The position numbers and the translations under genes were made by a program. A DNA stretch of 64,000 nucleotides. Source: a virus. Below, piece by piece: positions 26,171 through 37,300 of this stretch; position 1 is the first letter of the stretch, and each line of letters starts with the position of its first letter. Below the pieces are notes generated by a model. The model made no database searches. It was not told the DNA's origin and saw nothing but the letters and a program-made list of their open reading frames with translations. Location of the stretch: the IMG/VR virus record IMGVR_UViG_3300025570_000007, one strand, 5' to 3'.

Positions 26171-28495
26171 TTAGATAGATTTCTTAAATGCTGTTATTAT
26201 CATATTCACATCATAAGTACCTATATCTGCATCTACCGTTAATGTTGCATTTGATCCATCGTTAGTTAGTGAGAAAGATGTTGATAGGATGCTTGTTCCT
26301 CCTACTGCAATCTGACTATAGGAATCGTTTAAGGTTATAGCTGATGTTTGATCCCATCCTCCGTAGAGAGTTCCTACTTTTTTCTGAGATTCACCTGAGT
26401 TTGAAATTGTGTAATCGGCTTTAAATCCTGTGTATCCTGATACTCCTATTTCGAATGCTTGTATATTATGTACCCCTACTAAACTTCCTGATGAGTATTG
26501 TATGTACTCAACTCCTGGGCTTGCTTCTGGTGCATTCTTAATAACTGATGTTCCTGCTACTGTAAGTGACCCTGTTATAGATGCACTTCCTGTATAAGAA
26601 CCGTTCCAATCAGTAACGATGTTTGTTAGTCCAGATCCGTCTCCTACGAATGATCCAGAGAATATAGATCCTGATATTGCAGTGGTATCTACAAAGTTTA
26701 CTACTCCGCCTGATATAATTAACGAACCTGTTATTGAAGCATCTCCGTTTAATAATCCGGTCCACTGTATACCTGTTAAGTTAGAACCATCTCCGTAGTA
26801 TGTACTAGATGATACTGATCCTGTTATGTTTAGGCTTCCTGATATTGACACTAAATCGTTATCAAATTCTCCGTAAATTAATGGAGTGCCAACACCAAAC
26901 CCTATGTAAAGTTTATTGCTGTGCGTACCTGTTGACGGGCCTGCATAACTTCCTAGAAATAGGTTATTACTTCCTGCACTTACTCCAAGGCCTGTATTAT
27001 ACCCCAGTGCTACGTTATAATTACCAGAGGATTGATTAAACAAGCTGTTTTGTCCTATCCCGGTATTATAATTACCTGTTGAATTATTTCTTAAAGAATA
27101 AGCACCTAGAGCATTGTTATGTTGTCCTGTACTATTATTACATAGTGAAGAAAATCCTACTGCTGTATTAAGTTGTCCGCTTGATACAATAGCTCCAAGT
27201 GAGCAAGCACCAATGCTTGTATTAAATGTTCCTGTGTTTTGATTTCCTGCTTTCCATCCTATGTAAGTAGTACATCCGTTTGCACATCTTCCTGCATCAC
27301 CTCCTACTACCGTATGATAAGAACCTACTGGCGTATTAACTGCATCGATACCTATTCCTACTGAGTATTGTTTACCTATACATGTTCCTGTGTAATTGTT
27401 ACGTCCTATCGCAATTGAAGTTGCATGTTGGTTTTTTATTTCCGTATAAGTATCTATTGTTGTAACTCCTGCTAAGTTGGCTGGACCTACTACGCTTAAG
27501 CTTCCTGTTATATCTGCTGAACCTGTGTAAGGGAATGTATCGGCTGTAACTCCTGTTAATCCGGATCCGTCTCCTGAAAAGGATCCTGAAAATAGAGAGC
27601 CTGTTGTCCATGTTACGTCAGAGAAGTCCACTGATCCTGTTACTGCAAATGATCCTGTTATTTCTGCTGCACCTTCAAATAATCCACTCCATGCTGCTAC
27701 CGGGGCAATTCCTGTTAGGTTTGAACCATCTCCGTAGTACGTACTTGCTGATACTGCTGAGGCTGATACGTCAGCGTTAAATACTAGTATACTGTTTGCA
27801 AAATCTCCGTATATTAACGGATTATCATCTGCTTGATTATTTATGTATAATTTATCAGCTGAATATGCTGTAGTTGTTGTTGGTCCTGCTGCATACCCTA
27901 CTAATACGTTTCTATCACCTGATTGGATGTTTAATCCTGTATTAGCCCCAATTGCCGTGTTACTATCATCGGAAGCTAAGTTAGCTAATGATTGATAACC
28001 AATAGCTGTTAACCCGTAGGAAGTCACAGTGCTCTGTGCAGCTGATCTACCTATTATTACGTTATTAGCTCCTGCTAAGTTAATACTAGCGTCAACACCT
28101 ATAACAACACTCCCTGATGTCTGTGTATAGTTTATACTTGCACCTGATCCTGAGTTTATTATTAGTATGTTGTCGTGGTTATCGTTTAAAGATAATGATC
28201 CTGAAATACGTAGTATACTTCCATCAAATGTGAAACTCGGCTCTCCTTGAAGTAGTCCTGCTATTCCTGTACCTGTAATTACTTGGTTATCTACGTTATT
28301 TAGTATGGATGAGCTAGCTGAGGTTCCTCCTAAAGGAATCGTTACAAAGTCTCCTGAGTCGTAGTGCAGTTTTAAGATACTCCCGCTTCCTTCTAAAGAA
28401 CTTGAGTATATAACTGATCTAAAGTTATTATCCATCTCTTGATGAGTAAGAGAGAGACCTTTTTCTAGTCTATATGTAATTCCTGGTATTGCCAT
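26171..28495 (-). CDS. Tail fibre / adhesin-like virion protein with internal duplication
   Basis: N-terminal R..KG..LT..EMD.NF anchor; two blocks of NxxxG repeats each ending LYI...PLIYG.F. Confidence 0.75.
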   Translation of the reverse strand: MAIPGITYRLEKGLSLTHQEMDNNFRSVIYSSSLEGSGSILKLHYDSGDFVTIPLGGTSASSSILNNVDNQVITGTGIAGLLQGEPSFTFDGSILRISGSLSLNDNHDNILIINSGSGASINYTQTSGSVVIGVDASINLAGANNVIIGRSAAQSTVTSYGLTAIGYQSLANLASDDSNTAIGANTGLNIQSGDRNVLVGYAAGPTTTTAYSADKLYINNQADDNPLIYGDFANSILVFNADVSASAVSASTYYGDGSNLTGIAPVAAWSGLFEGAAEITGSFAVTGSVDFSDVTWTTGSLFSGSFSGDGSGLTGVTADTFPYTGSADITGSLSVVGPANLAGVTTIDTYTEIKNQHATSIAIGRNNYTGTCIGKQYSVGIGIDAVNTPVGSYHTVVGGDAGRCANGCTTYIGWKAGNQNTGTFNTSIGACSLGAIVSSGQLNTAVGFSSLCNNSTGQHNNALGAYSLRNNSTGNYNTGIGQNSLFNQSSGNYNVALGYNTGLGVSAGSNNLFLGSYAGPSTGTHSNKLYIGFGVGTPLIYGEFDNDLVSISGSLNITGSVSSSTYYGDGSNLTGIQWTGLLNGDASITGSLIISGGVVNFVDTTAISGSIFSGSFVGDGSGLTNIVTDWNGSYTGSASITGSLTVAGTSVIKNAPEASPGVEYIQYSSGSLVGVHNIQAFEIGVSGYTGFKADYTISNSGESQKKVGTLYGGWDQTSAITLNDSYSQIAVGGTSILSTSFSLTNDGSNATLTVDADIGTYDVNMIITAFKKSI

Positions 28496-28518
28496 TTTTT
28501 AATTTATTATAAATAGTG

Positions 28519-28887
28519 TTAAGGTTCTATTGGAAACTCGCTACTAATGTTTTCTGGTTTTGTTATGTCTCTTAATTTCTGCCTATATTCTCTCCACTCT
28601 TCCTTTTTCTCTTCTAGAAGAGGGACGTCTGGGAGTTGTGTCCAGTCACTATCTACGAGTTTTGTGTTTCTCCTAATTCTAAGTATGTGAATATCTAGAA
28701 CTTCTTTTCTAGGCTCTATACGTTTTACGTGTTTACCGTTAATTACCGTATATTCCCCTGAAATAGCTTCTTGCCATTCGTTGTGCTGCAGTACTATTAC
28801 AGGTTTCGGTATAGTGTGTCCATGTATCTCTTCTGTATAGAAACCTATATACTCTCCTTTATCGTTATAATGTCCAAAATAATCCAT
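28519..28887 (-). CDS. Tail fibre assembly chaperone (probable start MDYFGHY at 28887)
   Basis: R.RRN..L..SDWTQLPDVPL...W..YRQ.LRDIT; follows a fibre gene. Confidence 0.85.
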   Translation of the reverse strand: MDYFGHYNDKGEYIGFYTEEIHGHTIPKPVIVLQHNEWQEAISGEYTVINGKHVKRIEPRKEVLDIHILRIRRNTKLVDSDWTQLPDVPLLEEKKEEWREYRQKLRDITKPENISSEFPIEP

Positions 28888-28888
28888 C

Positions 28889-30460
28889 TTAGTACCCCAT
28901 TGCCATCCATCTTCCTGTTCCACCATCTATAACAAGTGTGCAAGCTGTAGTTGAAACATTGTAAACATGGTTAGTTCCTCTAGATCCTGAAGAGGTTCTG
29001 TCAGTTGAACATGTTACCGATACGCATCTGGTTGGGAATGCGATTGGGAAAGTTATTGTAGGTTCTGTTGTACCGCCGGAGACGTATCCAAACTGTATAA
29101 TTAATCCTGTACTTAATCTCTGATATCCTGTGGTTGTGGTAAAGTTGCTAGCTACGTTTGTAACAACACTTCCTCCTGCTCCTGTACCTATTGTTGTTGT
29201 ATCTCCGTTTGCTAATAAAATTTGGGTGCTTGTACCGCCTTGCTTTATTAGCTTATTTGCTGTTACGTTTCCTGTTGCAACAATACTACTCCCTGCTGTT
29301 ACTGCTCCTGTTACATTTAAAGTATTTGAGAGTGTTGTTGCTCCTACTATCTTTAGTGTACTTTTGCCGGTAATATTCCCAGCAATATTCATACCGCCTG
29401 ATCCTGATATAAAACCTGTTACGTTTAAAGTTCCTCCTAGTGTAGTATTTCCTCCAATATTTAAAGTACCCCCTCCGTCTATATCTCCATCAAAATCTGC
29501 ATCTCCAGATCCTGATATTATCCCTGCTACTGTTATACCTATGTCTGAAGGATTATTTGTGTTAAACCCTATTTTACCGCTTGCTTGAAAAGTAGCAATA
29601 ACACCGTTTGCAGTTCCTGTTGTGCTTGTATAATTTCCTCCGTCAGCCCAGTCTATGTTAAACCCTTCTTTTTTGTTACTATCAGTGTTAACCATTACTA
29701 CTACGTTACCTCCATCTGTTCCTGTTGGAGATTCTAATAACAGTCCCTGTGAAAAAGAACCTACCGGTATTAATCTTTCTAATCCTCCGGATAAGTTATT
29801 TACTATATCTGCAATAACAGGTCTAATTTTATTTTGAGTATTTACGTAGTCTGTTGTTTTAGCGATACCTAATCCTAGAGTTGAAGAAACTGTTGTAATT
29901 CTCTGTGCAAACCCTGTGTTATTTCCTGTACCTACTCCTAACCCTGTAGAACTTAAAGTAGCTATAGGGTTAGCCGTTAAGGTATTATTTACTTGAAATT
30001 TTAAATAGTTACTACTGTTAGCAGTAAGGTATATGTCTTTTGAAGTATCGTATATTTTTCCAACTCTACCTGCAAGAGTACCTATACTGTAGAAATCTGT
30101 TTGAGCAAATTTACTAGTTCCTGTACTTGGTGTCTTTAGTGAAAGTTTTCCTGATGCATATGTAAGGTTAGAGCTTGCTCCAAAAGCTCCATTATCGTTA
30201 TACTGTATTTGAGTATTAGATCCAGCTGCTGATGCAGTTGATCCGGAGATAATAGTTGTTCCTCCATCTGCTCCTAATGGAACATCTGTATACCTTCCAT
30301 TTTCGTAACCTACTCCTAGTGCTGTGCTCCCTGAGTAGTGTAGTCTTAAGGTAGTTCCGCTATCTTGTATTGAACTTGAATAGTAAAACTGAGCTTGGTT
30401 TCTATCTAATTCATCGTATGTTAAGGCTGTTCCTTTATTTATTCTTAATACTATACTCAT
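28889..30460 (-). CDS. Tail fibre protein with gp53-like C-terminal domain
   Basis: N-terminal LR..KG.ALT..ELD.N; C-terminal GYQRL.TGLIIQFG...ITFPIAFP...W.A.GY. Confidence 0.82.
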   Translation of the reverse strand: MSIVLRINKGTALTYDELDRNQAQFYYSSSIQDSGTTLRLHYSGSTALGVGYENGRYTDVPLGADGGTTIISGSTASAAGSNTQIQYNDNGAFGASSNLTYASGKLSLKTPSTGTSKFAQTDFYSIGTLAGRVGKIYDTSKDIYLTANSSNYLKFQVNNTLTANPIATLSSTGLGVGTGNNTGFAQRITTVSSTLGLGIAKTTDYVNTQNKIRPVIADIVNNLSGGLERLIPVGSFSQGLLLESPTGTDGGNVVVMVNTDSNKKEGFNIDWADGGNYTSTTGTANGVIATFQASGKIGFNTNNPSDIGITVAGIISGSGDADFDGDIDGGGTLNIGGNTTLGGTLNVTGFISGSGGMNIAGNITGKSTLKIVGATTLSNTLNVTGAVTAGSSIVATGNVTANKLIKQGGTSTQILLANGDTTTIGTGAGGSVVTNVASNFTTTTGYQRLSTGLIIQFGYVSGGTTEPTITFPIAFPTRCVSVTCSTDRTSSGSRGTNHVYNVSTTACTLVIDGGTGRWMAMGY

Positions 30461-30463
30461 TTT

Positions 30464-31633
30464 TTATAATTTTGTAAACTTGTTAACTCCAAAGTTCATA
30501 TCCAGTTTTGCTACTACAACCATATCCGTATCTGCTGATTTAGGTATCGGTTGTCCCATTTTTGCTACTGCTATTAATTCATTAGCATCGTTATATAATC
30601 CTACTGTTGTAAAGTACGGTTGGAAATCTGATCCTGATATATTAGGTGCTATTTCTCCTGATGATATATCTAGAGCAGTCTTATTTAATGTATGATTCAA
30701 TTCCCCTGATTTTAACTTACAGTGGTAGTTATGTGTATAAATAGGTAAATTTGATTTCCAGTTCAATGTTGCATTGAAATAGTTGTTAAAGTACCCTGCT
30801 ACAATATCATCTGTTATTATAATCTGTCCATGAGGGTAGATTATATTTCCAACGTATTTTCTCGGCAGTGATGATTCGAAGTATAGGTTTCCTTCTCCAT
30901 CATCTACAATTCTTGTTGAATGTTGATCAGCTACTTCAGGGTCTATTGCGTTTGGATCTTCTCCTGTATAATCTGGGCCTAGATACTGCCCTCCTGCTGG
31001 TATTGTCTCTAGTACGTAGTCTCCTTCATCTTCAATATAATCTAAATCTGATAGAGGAAATGTTGATCCGTAAAGGTTTGTGGTGTTTTCTGCATACAGG
31101 TTATATATGTTATCGTAAGAATTAATACCTGCATCTGTAACGTAATTGTTCAGTACGTAGTTATGTCCATCACTTCCTGATCCACCTGATCCTGTTATAA
31201 TAGTTGATGTTATATCTGGCTCTAGTGATAGTGAGCCTGGTTCTATATGAGTTCCGTATAATTCTTTCGGTATTGAAAATACTGCTACCCTCTGGTAGAG
31301 GTATCTTGATCCGCTTACGTTAAATGAAGACTGTAGATAATTTTCATATGAACTTGAAACCGGTATTGATGCACTTGTAAAAAGGCTGTAGTATAAATGG
31401 TGTATGCTTTCGAAAGCTAGTCGCTTATCAAAAAGTACTTGAGAAGTACTTAGTACCCCTCCTCCGAAAGTTAGATTTATATCTTGCGGTATGTATGTTC
31501 CTGAGCCTGATAAACCAACAATGTTGAGTATGCCTAGGTCTATATACTGACTTCCACTAGCAGTCCACGACTTGCGTGCATTGTAAGTCGAAATATAAGC
31601 ATCTTGTTTGTTTAGTTTTTTGTAAGCACTCAT
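30464..31633 (-). CDS. Baseplate/tail structural protein
   Basis: C-terminal YFTTVGLYND.NELIAVAKM..P shared with the adjacent paralogue. Confidence 0.7.
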   Translation of the reverse strand: MSAYKKLNKQDAYISTYNARKSWTASGSQYIDLGILNIVGLSGSGTYIPQDINLTFGGGVLSTSQVLFDKRLAFESIHHLYYSLFTSASIPVSSSYENYLQSSFNVSGSRYLYQRVAVFSIPKELYGTHIEPGSLSLEPDITSTIITGSGGSGSDGHNYVLNNYVTDAGINSYDNIYNLYAENTTNLYGSTFPLSDLDYIEDEGDYVLETIPAGGQYLGPDYTGEDPNAIDPEVADQHSTRIVDDGEGNLYFESSLPRKYVGNIIYPHGQIIITDDIVAGYFNNYFNATLNWKSNLPIYTHNYHCKLKSGELNHTLNKTALDISSGEIAPNISGSDFQPYFTTVGLYNDANELIAVAKMGQPIPKSADTDMVVVAKLDMNFGVNKFTKL

Positions 31634-31636
31634 TCA

Positions 31637-32644
31637 TTAATAATCAAGTTTGATTCTCACTAGTGCTTCCGAAGTAAAATCCTTTAATAAAGGTCTAGAC
31701 ATCTTAGCTACTGCTATTAAATCGTTATTATCGTTATACAGTCCTACTGTTGTAAAATATGATTGAGGAGAATTAATCATGATGTCATGTCTAAGTTCTC
31801 CAGATCCTGTAATATTTGAAGGATTTGTAGAGTAATTAAGCTCAGCGTTTCTCGCTCTTATAAATACATAATTAGAAGATATAGTCTCTTCTGATTGAAG
31901 TGATCCACTTGCTCCTGCTGCTATTACATTATAGAACTTACTTAAGTTACCGTCGTCTGAATTCTCAGTTATGCCTGTTGCTAGTGTTATTCCATCTGCA
32001 GCATCGTCTAATGCTGTTCCGTTTAATACTATAATACCTACATCAGGTAAGAATTTACCGTAGCTTCCTGCTGATGTTGTGTATCCTGTTCCTCCATCAT
32101 AAGATGTTCCATAAGATCCACTAACTATATCGTAAACTCTTCCTGCATCTACATAAGAAACAGTTGTAGTATCATTACTATTATCAGTTAAATGTATTGT
32201 TTGTGCTCCGTTTGTTAACTTAAGGTTAAGTGAGCCAGGAAATAATTTCTCTTTATATCTTGCTCTATCCATAGATAGTACATAAACATAATCAGATGTT
32301 ACTGTTCCGAAAGTGAAATCTGTATCTTCATCTCCAAACACTAAATTCCTGTACTGTCCGTATATTGTTGAGGACGGCGATTTACCTGTTACACTTGAGT
32401 TATATAGACTTGTTCCTTTCCCGTCTTTATGTCCAAAAGCAATAGAGAACTGTACTTTTGCAGTACTAACTGTTCCGGGATTACTTTCATATACTTCGTA
32501 AAAGTAATTACCTGTGTTACTTGCAACCTGTCCTGAAGCTGTGTGGAAAGAGTTAAGGTATACTGTGTCTGTTGACCAAAGAGGTGCAACTACTGATTCA
32601 GCACTTATTGTGATATCTTCTGGGTCTAATCTTTTAAATGACAT
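31637..32644 (-). CDS. Baseplate/tail structural protein (paralogue)
   Basis: MSFKRL N-terminus, PGSL.L, C-terminal YFTTVGLYNDNNDLIAVAKMSRP. Confidence 0.7.
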   Translation of the reverse strand: MSFKRLDPEDITISAESVVAPLWSTDTVYLNSFHTASGQVASNTGNYFYEVYESNPGTVSTAKVQFSIAFGHKDGKGTSLYNSSVTGKSPSSTIYGQYRNLVFGDEDTDFTFGTVTSDYVYVLSMDRARYKEKLFPGSLNLKLTNGAQTIHLTDNSNDTTTVSYVDAGRVYDIVSGSYGTSYDGGTGYTTSAGSYGKFLPDVGIIVLNGTALDDAADGITLATGITENSDDGNLSKFYNVIAAGASGSLQSEETISSNYVFIRARNAELNYSTNPSNITGSGELRHDIMINSPQSYFTTVGLYNDNNDLIAVAKMSRPLLKDFTSEALVRIKLDY

Positions 32645-32652
32645 ATGTTATA

Positions 32653-33312
32653 TTAGTTATTAACTTTTACAATAGTTACAGGAACAGTTACTCTTGCTCC
32701 TGAGTCTCTCCCTATTACAGTTATTGTTGTCTGTAATGTTGATTGGCTACCGAATAAAGTGTTAATAGTTGTTGCTGTGAGGTTGATCGATGTTCCTATT
32801 ACTGTCTTAGAAACGTTAGTTCCTAGTGTAGTTGTTGAGTTTAGTCTTTCTGCTTCCGGTGTATTAACTCCTACTCCGTTATATGTCTGAAGTACTCTAG
32901 CATCTGCGATAGTTGCTACATACCCTCCTGCTTCAAAAGTCTGAGAGGATCCTAAGTAGTTTAGTGTTTGTGGAGTAATTGCAAGAGATGCTCCTTGCTT
33001 TAATCTTATAGAAGTGTACCCGATATCTAAAATAGGCAACTTAGCTGTTCCTCTTGGAAGTGTTGTAAGCTTGTATTTCATGATTTGAGTTTCATCAGGA
33101 AATGCTTCCAATACAGGAAGATTTTCTATTGCTTCTCCGTAGTACGCTGATCCTAATGGATGACTTGGATTATACAGTGTATAGTCGATTTCATCATCTC
33201 CTAGAGCGAATTGTGTAATTTTGAAAGAACCGTCTCCTCTTGCAAGAAGTTCTCTTCCTTTTTTAGTCAATATTGCATCGACTGTAACGATTGAATTATC
33301 TAAGTATCCCAT
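32653..33312 (-). CDS. Baseplate/tail-collar-like structural protein
   Basis: ILTKKGRELLA...ITQFALGDDEIDY. Confidence 0.7.
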   Translation of the reverse strand: MGYLDNSIVTVDAILTKKGRELLARGDGSFKITQFALGDDEIDYTLYNPSHPLGSAYYGEAIENLPVLEAFPDETQIMKYKLTTLPRGTAKLPILDIGYTSIRLKQGASLAITPQTLNYLGSSQTFEAGGYVATIADARVLQTYNGVGVNTPEAERLNSTTTLGTNVSKTVIGTSINLTATTINTLFGSQSTLQTTITVIGRDSGARVTVPVTIVKVNN

Positions 33313-33364
33313 TTAAGTATTATTCTATATTATATAAATATGTAAAAGTTTTGTTATTTATTCC

Positions 33365-34294
33365 TTATCCACAAGATGATGAATTTATCACTTGTCCGTA
33401 TTCGTTTGTAAACATGATTGTACTATTACCTTCTATAAAGATAGCTGCATCATTAGCTGCTAATATTTTTGAAGTATTCCCTGTAAATTTAAATATGCTG
33501 ACCGGTGTTGTAGAACCTGATATCCAAAATGGAAGTTTAGTCTTATTGCTTGTTTCGTCACTTGTAAAAAATAATTCCTCTAAGATCCTGTCATTTACAG
33601 CTATTGAACAGATGCTCGAAGTTGGAAAAGTATCTTGAAATATCTCTCCTTTAAAGCTTCTTCCTATTACTGCTGGACTCACTCCTGAGTAGTTCTCTGA
33701 TGTTGAAACACTTCCTTTATATCTTGCATTTGACCATCCTGTATCTGAGTATAAACTATCTTGTATTGTTGCCGGTGAAGCATTTCCATCTATGATTGAT
33801 TGCCAGTTGCCTGGTTGTGAATTATTCTCTACCCTATCTGCTTCAACTTGTCTTCTCGAAGGTCTATTAACTTGTGCATTACCTATTAAAGGATTATATT
33901 CACTAAATGCAAACTGTAAATCTGTAATAAATGGTGTAAAATCTATCGATACGCTTGGTGCAAGATCATCAAATACGCCAGAACTTATATCCGGTACTGT
34001 AAAAGGATCTACTCCGAAGTAGTAGAAAGGTATAGCAGTGTTATAGAAACTTCTCTTAACCACTGCTAAGTTGTATAACACGTTATTGAAGATAAATCTT
34101 ATAGCTTCTACCTGGTCTAGTACAGTTTCAAGATCTTGATTACTTACTCCGTCTACTGATAAAGCAGATTTTGTAACGGTTAATCCTGATATGGTTCCTG
34201 TATTGTCTCCATTATCATCGTAGTTCACATTAATTCTTCCGGTAAGGTTTATTGCTCCGTTTACGTGTATCTGTATAAATGTTGCTTCTGTCAT
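33365..34294 (-). CDS. Hypothetical virion structural protein
   Basis: Long ORF inside the tail/baseplate cluster. Confidence 0.55.
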   Translation of the reverse strand: MTEATFIQIHVNGAINLTGRINVNYDDNGDNTGTISGLTVTKSALSVDGVSNQDLETVLDQVEAIRFIFNNVLYNLAVVKRSFYNTAIPFYYFGVDPFTVPDISSGVFDDLAPSVSIDFTPFITDLQFAFSEYNPLIGNAQVNRPSRRQVEADRVENNSQPGNWQSIIDGNASPATIQDSLYSDTGWSNARYKGSVSTSENYSGVSPAVIGRSFKGEIFQDTFPTSSICSIAVNDRILEELFFTSDETSNKTKLPFWISGSTTPVSIFKFTGNTSKILAANDAAIFIEGNSTIMFTNEYGQVINSSSCG

Positions 34295-34309
34295 GCTATT
34301 TTATAATTA

Positions 34310-37300
34310 TTAACAAGTTCCCTCATATCCTGACCATGCTGTTCCGTTCCAGTATTTCCAGCTAGCTCCGTCAGAGTAATATCCTGCTGGTGCTAGGAGA
34401 CCGGTATTATTATAAGCGAATATTTGGTATTCGTTAGCTAGTACCGTGGACGGTGTAGGGTACGGTGATCCTTCTGTATATGCTGCAAAGATATTTACCG
34501 GGTATTGGAATCCACAAGCTTTTTGTGCAGGTTGAAAAGCGTCATTATTGTACCCTATATTCTGTACTGCTACTTTAAGTGTTACTGGTGTTGGTATTGA
34601 TAGGTTTATCTCGCTGCTCTCTAATATACAGGATCCTCCGCTATTTGCACGAAACTGTATTACATAGACTGGGTAAGGTCCTACTGTTATTAGCCCTATG
34701 TCCGGGTAGGCTGCTGCTAGGTCTAAATACTCCGTATATACTGGGTTAGAGTTTGGTGTTATCCAGGCGCTCCACGGTAAGGCTAAACTATTATCTCTTA
34801 CTCTAAATTCATAGGACGTACTTGCCTCTGTACCTGTAAATGCAAAAGGCGGTAGGAAATATCCACCTGTCCCGTCACTTCCGTATGTCATACTTGTTAA
34901 ACTAGTCCAATTTAAGGTACATTCCCCGAAGGTTACTGTTCTTGTCTGTGCACAGCTGTTTCTTATAGCATCCCTAACTGTTACAGTTATACTCTCCCCT
35001 ACTGTGTACCCTGTAAAGGTATGCGTAGTTTCATCATAGATCTGTATACCGTTTACTAAGTATTCTATGTTAGTGTTATAAGATGTGTTAAACCATGTTG
35101 AAATATCATAAGTGTTGAATGAAGTTACTATAAAGGGTGCTGATGAGTCAATCTCTAAGTCGCAAGCTACTACTATTACCTCTCTTACTGCGTTGCATCC
35201 TACTAATGTTGAATGTGTTGCTGTTACACTATAAGTATCATACTGTGACCATGATCCTGGTGTTGATTGAGTTGTGAAATCATAAGTAAAGTTCCAGGCT
35301 GTTACCGGTACACTTGTACTACCTTGAAAGAATACTGTAATATCGTATATTTCTGAGATTCCTCCGAATAGTGTGAATAGGTTTGTTTCAGATGTTGATA
35401 CTAACGGGTCTATGTAGAGTGGTGCGATGTCTACTGATATTGAGCATGCGTTTGCAGGCACATCCCTGTAGAATTGAACGTCGTATAGTACGGTAGGGTA
35501 GTTAATTTGCTTAAACGGGTTATTCTTATTCAGGTCTCTAGTGCTTACTTCTATTCGTGATCCTGAAAGTATCCCGTCAAATTTAGCTTCATTATGACTT
35601 CTTTCGAAGTATCCTGGTCCTTTATCCCCTACCCACTGTTTGGCAGCTACAAATCCATAAGGTGTTTGAACTCCCTTTCTAAAGTTTGTTGATGATTCTC
35701 CATCTACTGCTCCTGTTCCTACTGATCTAAAACTTCCTGCGTTTGACCCTGTTGTGAAGGCAGTATCTATTGAACCTGTGTGAACTGGTAGTGTATATGT
35801 CATTGTAGGAGAAACTATTTTACTCCTCTCTAATAAATGTGGTTTAATTATTATCCCTGTATCTGCAACTGATCTAGCAGGTATAAAATCCCTTACCATT
35901 CTAAAGATTACATTATCGAAAAATTTTATTAACCTTACAAAATCCTTTACATCGTACCTGCTAACATTTTCAAAGACTAAATCTTTATAGTTGTTTAGTG
36001 CAAAGTATCCTGATGTTCTTGTTTCTCTAGGGTCCCCAATATAATCGTCTATATTAAATGAAGAAGTCGGAAACAGTACTTGTGATTGTGATACTATGTA
36101 ACTGTCTATATTATCTGTCGGCGAAAAGCCTACTTCAATTCTATGAAGATCTTGAGTGTATCCACTGCCTTCCTGTACTATCTTAGTGTAGTACGATAAC
36201 GTATCTCCTACTGCTATACTTCCTGTATTACTTGTTCTAACCTTATCTAAAGAACCTGTCCAAGCTTGATCTCCTCCAAAGAAGGGTAGATCGTTTGACG
36301 ACTGGCCCCCGTATACTTTAATTTTTAATATGTCAGAAGGTATTCCAAAACATGAAATAAGAGCTCTTAATCCTCTCTCAGTACCTTTTGATTTTAACAG
36401 TAGTGGCAGGTTATGGTAAAGTCTCTTATATATTTCTTTTTGATAATCGTTTTGTGAAACAGATACTTCTCCTGATACATTTATAGTTGATAGTACTTCG
36501 TTACCTGTATCGTAAGAGTTTTTTGTAAAGTACCTAAATAGGTCGTCTACCGATTTGTTACTTGTATATAGTTTAACTCCAAAGTTTTTTAATAGATCTT
36601 CTACAAGATCTTTTGAAACACCTCTATTTAACCTATTATCTGCATTATACTTTTCAGACACATTCTTAGTGTATATCCACAAGTTATCAAAATGCTGTGC
36701 AACCATATGTACTAATAGTAGATAAGGTTCGTTATCTAAATCCTCTCTTAAGTAACTTGGGATAGTGTTAGTAAGTATATCATAATTAGAATCATCATAT
36801 AAAGTAGCTGATTCTACTGCTGTGTTAAACCATAGCTCTGCTACTGGATTTGATATACTTGCATTAACGTACGGTTTTACAAGATTTGTCTTCGGCCATG
36901 AGGTTGAACCATTTTCGTAGTATAGGTGTTTTTCGTAATGGTCAAAGTTATCTAAAACTCCATTGATTAAATTTTCATAATAATCTCTACTTCCTGATAT
37001 GCCTGCTGTAGCTGAAGTAGTATTTACCGTATCTAGGTTTAGTTGGTATGATTCTAATAACTGTACTTTATATTGAAAATTTCTTAATCTTTCCTCTGCT
37101 GAAGAGAAGTTAATAAATTCTGAATAGTCTGTATAGTCAATGCTTAGTGTTGCTCCTTTTTCAGCAAATGCTGATGTTAGTTCTCTGTTTGAATTATTTA
37201 CAGGGAAGCTAAAAAGTTCGTTGTAGTTAAAATATCCTGTTGATTCTGCTGTCTGTTCATCAACATCTATCTCAAAGTTAGGCCCTTTTATAGTGGGCGG

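Noticed and set aside
24077-30460. Diversity-generating retroelement or invertible shufflon acting on the fibres
   Set aside because: No reverse transcriptase, template/variable repeat pair, invertase or inverted fibre cassettes seen
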